Shown in pieces: positions 59,991 through 64,000 of a stretch of DNA of 64,000 nucleotides (the first letter of the stretch is position 1; every line of letters starts with the position of its first letter). A program made the translations under genes and the position numbers. The notes under the pieces are model-generated. The model ran no database searches. It was not told the DNA's origin and was given only the letters and a program-made list of their open reading frames with translations. The DNA lies in the NCBI GenBank assembly GCA_963692915.1, contig OY843584.1:1-64000 (forward strand), read 5' to 3'. Origin of the DNA: Cenarchaeum sp. Its GTDB lineage: Archaea > Thermoproteota > Nitrososphaeria > Nitrososphaerales > Nitrosopumilaceae.

Positions 59991-61429
59991 CCCTTGATTA
60001 CCCCCATTGGGACGAGCTTGGCGACCTTTGTGGCTATGCCGAGATCGTGTGACACGGACACGACGCGATCAACGTCCTTGTAGGCCTGCGGGGCCTCCTC
60101 GACGAGACCCTCGCGCGTCATCGACTTTACAAACACGCCTGCGCTCCGGAGCTCGCCCCTTATCTGATCCTCGGTATAGTCGCGCCTCGCCTTTGAGCGC
60201 GACATTGTCCGTCCGGCTCCGTGGGCAGTGGATCCAAATGTGGACTCCATTGCGCCGGGCTTGCCCAAAAGAACCCAGCTCGCAGTTCCCATCGAGCCGG
60301 GCACCAGGACTGGCTGGCCCAGGTCGCGATACCTTGCGGGAACCTCGTCGAGCCCTGCGGGGAACGCGCGTGTTGCTCCCTTTCGGTGCACAACGACGCG
60401 GCGCCTCTGTCCGTCGACCTTGTGCTCCTCTACCTTTGCAATGTTGTGTGACACGTCATAGACTAGCTCGAGCTCGTCCTCGCTAGTGTCAAAGATCCTC
60501 GAGAACGACTTGCGCGTCCAGTCGGTGATCATCTGCCTGTTGCTCCACGCAAAGTTGAGCGCAGCGCACATTGCGCCACGGTACGCCTCGCCCTCCTCAG
60601 ACGAGTTTGGCACGCACGCAAGCTCGCGATCACGCAGCGATATGCCGTACTTTGCGAGGGCTGTCTCAGACACCCTTAGGTAGTCGCTGCACACCTGGTG
60701 GCCAAACCCACGTGAGCCACAGTGCGTGAGCACGGTCACCTGGCCGACCTCGAGGCCCATGCGCCTCGCGGCCTCCTCATCGTGAATCTCGGCGACGCGC
60801 TGTATCTCCAAAAAGTGGTTTCCCGAACCGAGGCTTCCAAGCTGCGGCGTGCCGCGCTTTCGCGCCCTGTCTGACACCTTTGCGGGATCAGCACCGGCCA
60901 TCTGGCCGCCCTCCTCGCACGACTCGGCATCCCCCGAGATCCCGTGCCCGCCGTCCACGGTCCACTCCACCCCGCGAACCATGACCTCGTCGAGCTCATC
61001 GCGGCTAAGCCTTATGGCTCCCTTGGAGCCCACCCCGGTGGGTATCGTGTTGAACAGGTCCAGGACGATGTCCTTTAGCCTGGACCGGACGGCCGCCTCG
61101 CCTAGTCCGGTTCGCAGGAGCCTCACGCCGCAGTTGATGTCATAGCCGACGCCTCCGGGGCTTATCATGCCCTCCTCGGCGTCCATCGCCGCGACTCCAC
61201 CGACGGGAAACCCATAGCCCTCGTGGCCATCGGGAAGCACGACGCAGCTCCCGACTATTCCGGGCATCGAGGCGACGTTAGTCGCCTGCAGTATAGTGCG
61301 ATCCCGCCTCATCTTTGCGAGGAGCTCGTCGTCGGCAAGTATGCGCACGGGCACCCTCATGCCGTTCTCGGCCGTGGGCTCTATGACGTGTTCCAGGTCG
61401 CCGACCTTCTTGGGCACCAATGCCGACAT
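59987..61429 (-). CDS. rtcB: RNA-splicing ligase RtcB
   Basis: PDGHEGYGFPVGG, GYDINCG, GSGNHF, HNIAK, HRKGAT, HGAGR. Confidence 0.96.
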   Translation of the reverse strand: MSALVPKKVGDLEHVIEPTAENGMRVPVRILADDELLAKMRRDRTILQATNVASMPGIVGSCVVLPDGHEGYGFPVGGVAAMDAEEGMISPGGVGYDINCGVRLLRTGLGEAAVRSRLKDIVLDLFNTIPTGVGSKGAIRLSRDELDEVMVRGVEWTVDGGHGISGDAESCEEGGQMAGADPAKVSDRARKRGTPQLGSLGSGNHFLEIQRVAEIHDEEAARRMGLEVGQVTVLTHCGSRGFGHQVCSDYLRVSETALAKYGISLRDRELACVPNSSEEGEAYRGAMCAALNFAWSNRQMITDWTRKSFSRIFDTSEDELELVYDVSHNIAKVEEHKVDGQRRRVVVHRKGATRAFPAGLDEVPARYRDLGQPVLVPGSMGTASWVLLGKPGAMESTFGSTAHGAGRTMSRSKARRDYTEDQIRGELRSAGVFVKSMTREGLVEEAPQAYKDVDRVVSVSHDLGIATKVAKLVPMGVIKG

Positions 61430-61522
61430 TGCGCATGCGTGCGCGGGCGATCTTGCCATTTAAACCATGGGCGGCAGATGCGCAAACAACCTTTATTTTT
61501 ACGGCTGCGCGCCGCCGGGGCA

Positions 61523-62881
61523 TTGGCTATACTGCCTATAGACTCTGGAAGGTACGGCACGCCCGAGATGCTCGCCGTGTTCGGCGAGCAGCGCAAGATC
61601 GACTACCAGGTCCAAGTCGAGGGGGCCGTGGCTGCAGCACAGGGGGATCTAGGCATAATACCCAGGGCAGCCGCACGCGAGATCTCGCGCGTGGCAAGGC
61701 GCGCTCGCATCACGCCACGCCGCATTGCTGCCCTCGAGGCAAAGACAGACCATGACACAGCAGCGCTCGTCCAGGCCCTCTCTGAAAAGTGCGCCGCGCA
61801 CGCAAGGCCATGGATTCACTATGGGCTCACGAGCAACGACCTTGTGGACACGAGCAACTCGATGCAGATGCGCGACGTTCTGGCGATCCTGCAGCCGCGC
61901 ACGATCCGTCTGGCGCTCGCGCTGGCCCGCCGCGCCAGGCAGTACAGGCGCCTTCCGGCCGTGGGAAGGACGCATGGCCAGCACGCGAGCATCATATCGT
62001 TTGGCCTAAAGTTCGCAAACTGGGCCGCCGAGATGTCGCGCCATGTAGAGCGCATCGAAGAGTCAAAAAAGCGCATCCTCCTGTGCAAGACGCTCGGCGT
62101 GGTGGGCACGGGCTCGCTCATGGGCGCGCGCGCCGTGCGCGTCCAGAGGGCAGTCGCGCCCCGCCTCGGCCTCGTCCCCGTCGACGTGGCAACGCAGGTT
62201 GTCCCGCGCGAGCGCCATGCCGAGTATGTCTTTGGCCTCTCGCTCCTTGGCACGACGCTTGAAAAGATCGCAGTAGAGGTGCGCAACCTGCAGCGAACCG
62301 AGATACGCGAGGTCGCCGAGAAGTTCCGCAAGGGCCAGATGGGAAGTAGTGCGGTTCCCGTAAAGCGCAACCCGACAAAGAGCGAGAGGGTCACGTCGTT
62401 GGCGCGCCTGCTGCGCGGCAACGTTGGCATCACGCTTGAGAACGTCGCCCTCTGGCACGAGCGCGACCTCTCAAATTCGGCCAACGAGCGGTTTGTCCTC
62501 CCGACTGTCGCAATACTGGCCGATGAGATGATAGTCACGATGACCAGAGTCATCGACGGCATGAGCGTTGATGCTGCGCGCGTGGCTCAAAACCTTGATG
62601 CGACGCGCGGGCAGGTCTTCGCCGAGTTTGTCCTCGAGGCACTCATCAAAAAGGGCGTGCCGCGCATGGAGGCATACCGTGACGTCCAGCGCGTCGCCTT
62701 TGCGGCTAGCGCGGCCGGAACGGACTTTGCCGCAGCAGTCACCTCTGATGCGGCAATGTCCTCGCGCCTTAGTGCAGCCGAGATTGCCGCGATATTTGTG
62801 CCTGACAGGCACCTCGGTGCGGCCCCGTCGATAATAGACTCTGTGTGCCGCTCGGTGGCCAGGATGGCCGCGCGCCACTAG
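61523..62881 (+). CDS. purB: Adenylosuccinate lyase
   Basis: HYGLTSND, GRTHGQHA, GSSAVPVKRNP, HERDLSNS. Confidence 0.95.
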   Translation: MAILPIDSGRYGTPEMLAVFGEQRKIDYQVQVEGAVAAAQGDLGIIPRAAAREISRVARRARITPRRIAALEAKTDHDTAALVQALSEKCAAHARPWIHYGLTSNDLVDTSNSMQMRDVLAILQPRTIRLALALARRARQYRRLPAVGRTHGQHASIISFGLKFANWAAEMSRHVERIEESKKRILLCKTLGVVGTGSLMGARAVRVQRAVAPRLGLVPVDVATQVVPRERHAEYVFGLSLLGTTLEKIAVEVRNLQRTEIREVAEKFRKGQMGSSAVPVKRNPTKSERVTSLARLLRGNVGITLENVALWHERDLSNSANERFVLPTVAILADEMIVTMTRVIDGMSVDAARVAQNLDATRGQVFAEFVLEALIKKGVPRMEAYRDVQRVAFAASAAGTDFAAAVTSDAAMSSRLSAAEIAAIFVPDRHLGAAPSIIDSVCRSVARMAARH

Positions 62882-63627
62882 CGCCGCATCACTGCGTGTA
62901 TCCCGCTGCCGTACTGGAGCGCCTTTTTGCGGCTGTATGCGGACTTTGGCGGGACGCCAACACGCTCGGCTGTGCGCCGGACGATGTGCTTTCGCAGTAG
63001 GTCGTCGGATCCGGCAATCTTGTCGGCTAGCGGGACGCGCATGGCATATGCGACAAACTCGTCCGAGAGGAGCGGCTGCACAACTCGCACGCCGTGTGTG
63101 TCGGCCACCTCGCTGACTGCGCACATCATGCGTCTCTCTGCGTCGATCTTTGCGCGCATCATCTCGAGGATCGCCGTCTCATCACCGGCTACCTTGCGAT
63201 ACGCGTCATACCCGCAAAAGAGCTCGTCAATGCCGTTTGCCGTGATCACCTGCGCGATTCCCAGCGTGGATGCAAGGTGCGCGACGCGCTCAAAGGCCAC
63301 ACAGTTCTCCCTCCATGACAGGCTGCACTCCCCAATGATGCCGTCAACCTTGCGCGAGGAGGCCACAATGTCATCGGCGTCGATCTCTAGCGCATGCCGC
63401 TCCATGCCCATGAGTCCGGCGATGTGGGCAGCAAAGCGCATGTCACGCGAACCGGCGGTTCCTATGGTGAGGAGAACGGGTCGCAGGCCTAGGTCTGTGC
63501 ATGCATGGGCGACTAGCGCACTGTCAACGCCACCAGAGAACGCCACTGCGGTGCCCTGGCTCGGCTCGGCGCGCGCAATGGCGCCACGCACGTTGACCCA
63601 TAACTCATCTGCGGCATCACCTGCCAT
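62878..63627 (-). CDS. Asparagine synthase C-terminal domain protein
   Basis: AFSGGVDS, GIDELFCGY, KKALQYGSG; no glutaminase domain. Confidence 0.88.
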   Translation of the reverse strand: MAGDAADELWVNVRGAIARAEPSQGTAVAFSGGVDSALVAHACTDLGLRPVLLTIGTAGSRDMRFAAHIAGLMGMERHALEIDADDIVASSRKVDGIIGECSLSWRENCVAFERVAHLASTLGIAQVITANGIDELFCGYDAYRKVAGDETAILEMMRAKIDAERRMMCAVSEVADTHGVRVVQPLLSDEFVAYAMRVPLADKIAGSDDLLRKHIVRRTAERVGVPPKSAYSRKKALQYGSGIHAVMRR

Positions 63628-63644
63628 GTCGTCGCGGTTCCACG

Positions 63645-63983
63645 CTATACCTGAAACACGTCAGAGCTCTTTTTTGGAGTCGACGTTGCAGGATTTGCCA
63701 AGTCCATCGCCTCGGCGAGCTTTGCGAGATCGGGATTTGCAAGGATTTGTGCGATCAACGCCAGCTCGGCTGCTGACCTGATGACGACTCCTCGCTTTTT
63801 GGTCGCCGAGCCAGACGCGTCTATTGGGTTTATCTCGATTGCCAGCGTGGGCGGACGGCTCTTGTACTGTGGCATCCTGACTATCATGACGCCCTCGATG
63901 CTCGTCCTCGTCTTCTCCCAGTCTGCGCCGTCGGCGAGTATCCTTGCTAGCTTCTCGCTCCTGGCCTGCTCCTCTCCGGACAT
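63645..63983 (-). CDS. Conserved thaumarchaeal hypothetical protein
   Basis: 112-aa ORF, DWEK...IEINP...TKKRG. Confidence 0.65.
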   Translation of the reverse strand: MSGEEQARSEKLARILADGADWEKTRTSIEGVMIVRMPQYKSRPPTLAIEINPIDASGSATKKRGVVIRSAAELALIAQILANPDLAKLAEAMDLANPATSTPKKSSDVFQV

Positions 63984-64000
63984 GGCGCACCACCACGGGA

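Overview
Archaeal DNA from a high-GC Nitrosopumilaceae/Cenarchaeum-like thaumarchaeon, judged from the S-layer protein, intron-containing tRNAs, archaeal mevalonate and ribosomal genes, and TATA-box leaderless promoters. The window has three zones. (1) 1-16718 is a head-to-tail 6204-bp tandem repeat (at least 2.7 apparently identical copies) of a HAD phosphatase plus a 1683-aa S-layer protein, followed by one membrane-anchored partner gene. (2) About 17700-34200 is an accessory, probably defence-related island. It holds seven paralogous ~167-aa proteins with a degenerate SocA/Panacea (YwgA-like) signature, each with its own promoter and five sharing a CTAGGCGTGA upstream motif, interleaved with three paralogous two-TM proteins. 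These are followed by a Fic protein, a single-HEPN protein, a ~640-aa protein with two internally duplicated HEPN-like domains, a probably inactive PD-(D/E)xK-like protein and a divergent DUF5131/TcmP pair. (3) 34283-64000 is mostly core genes (gltX, isoprenoid cluster, rps2, eno, rpoN, cobT, glmS, rps4/13/11, grpE, dnaK, tiaS, rtcB, purB, three tRNAs), with a small AT-rich insert carrying an 84-bp tandem-repeat ORF. All family calls come from motifs read by eye; no database search was run.
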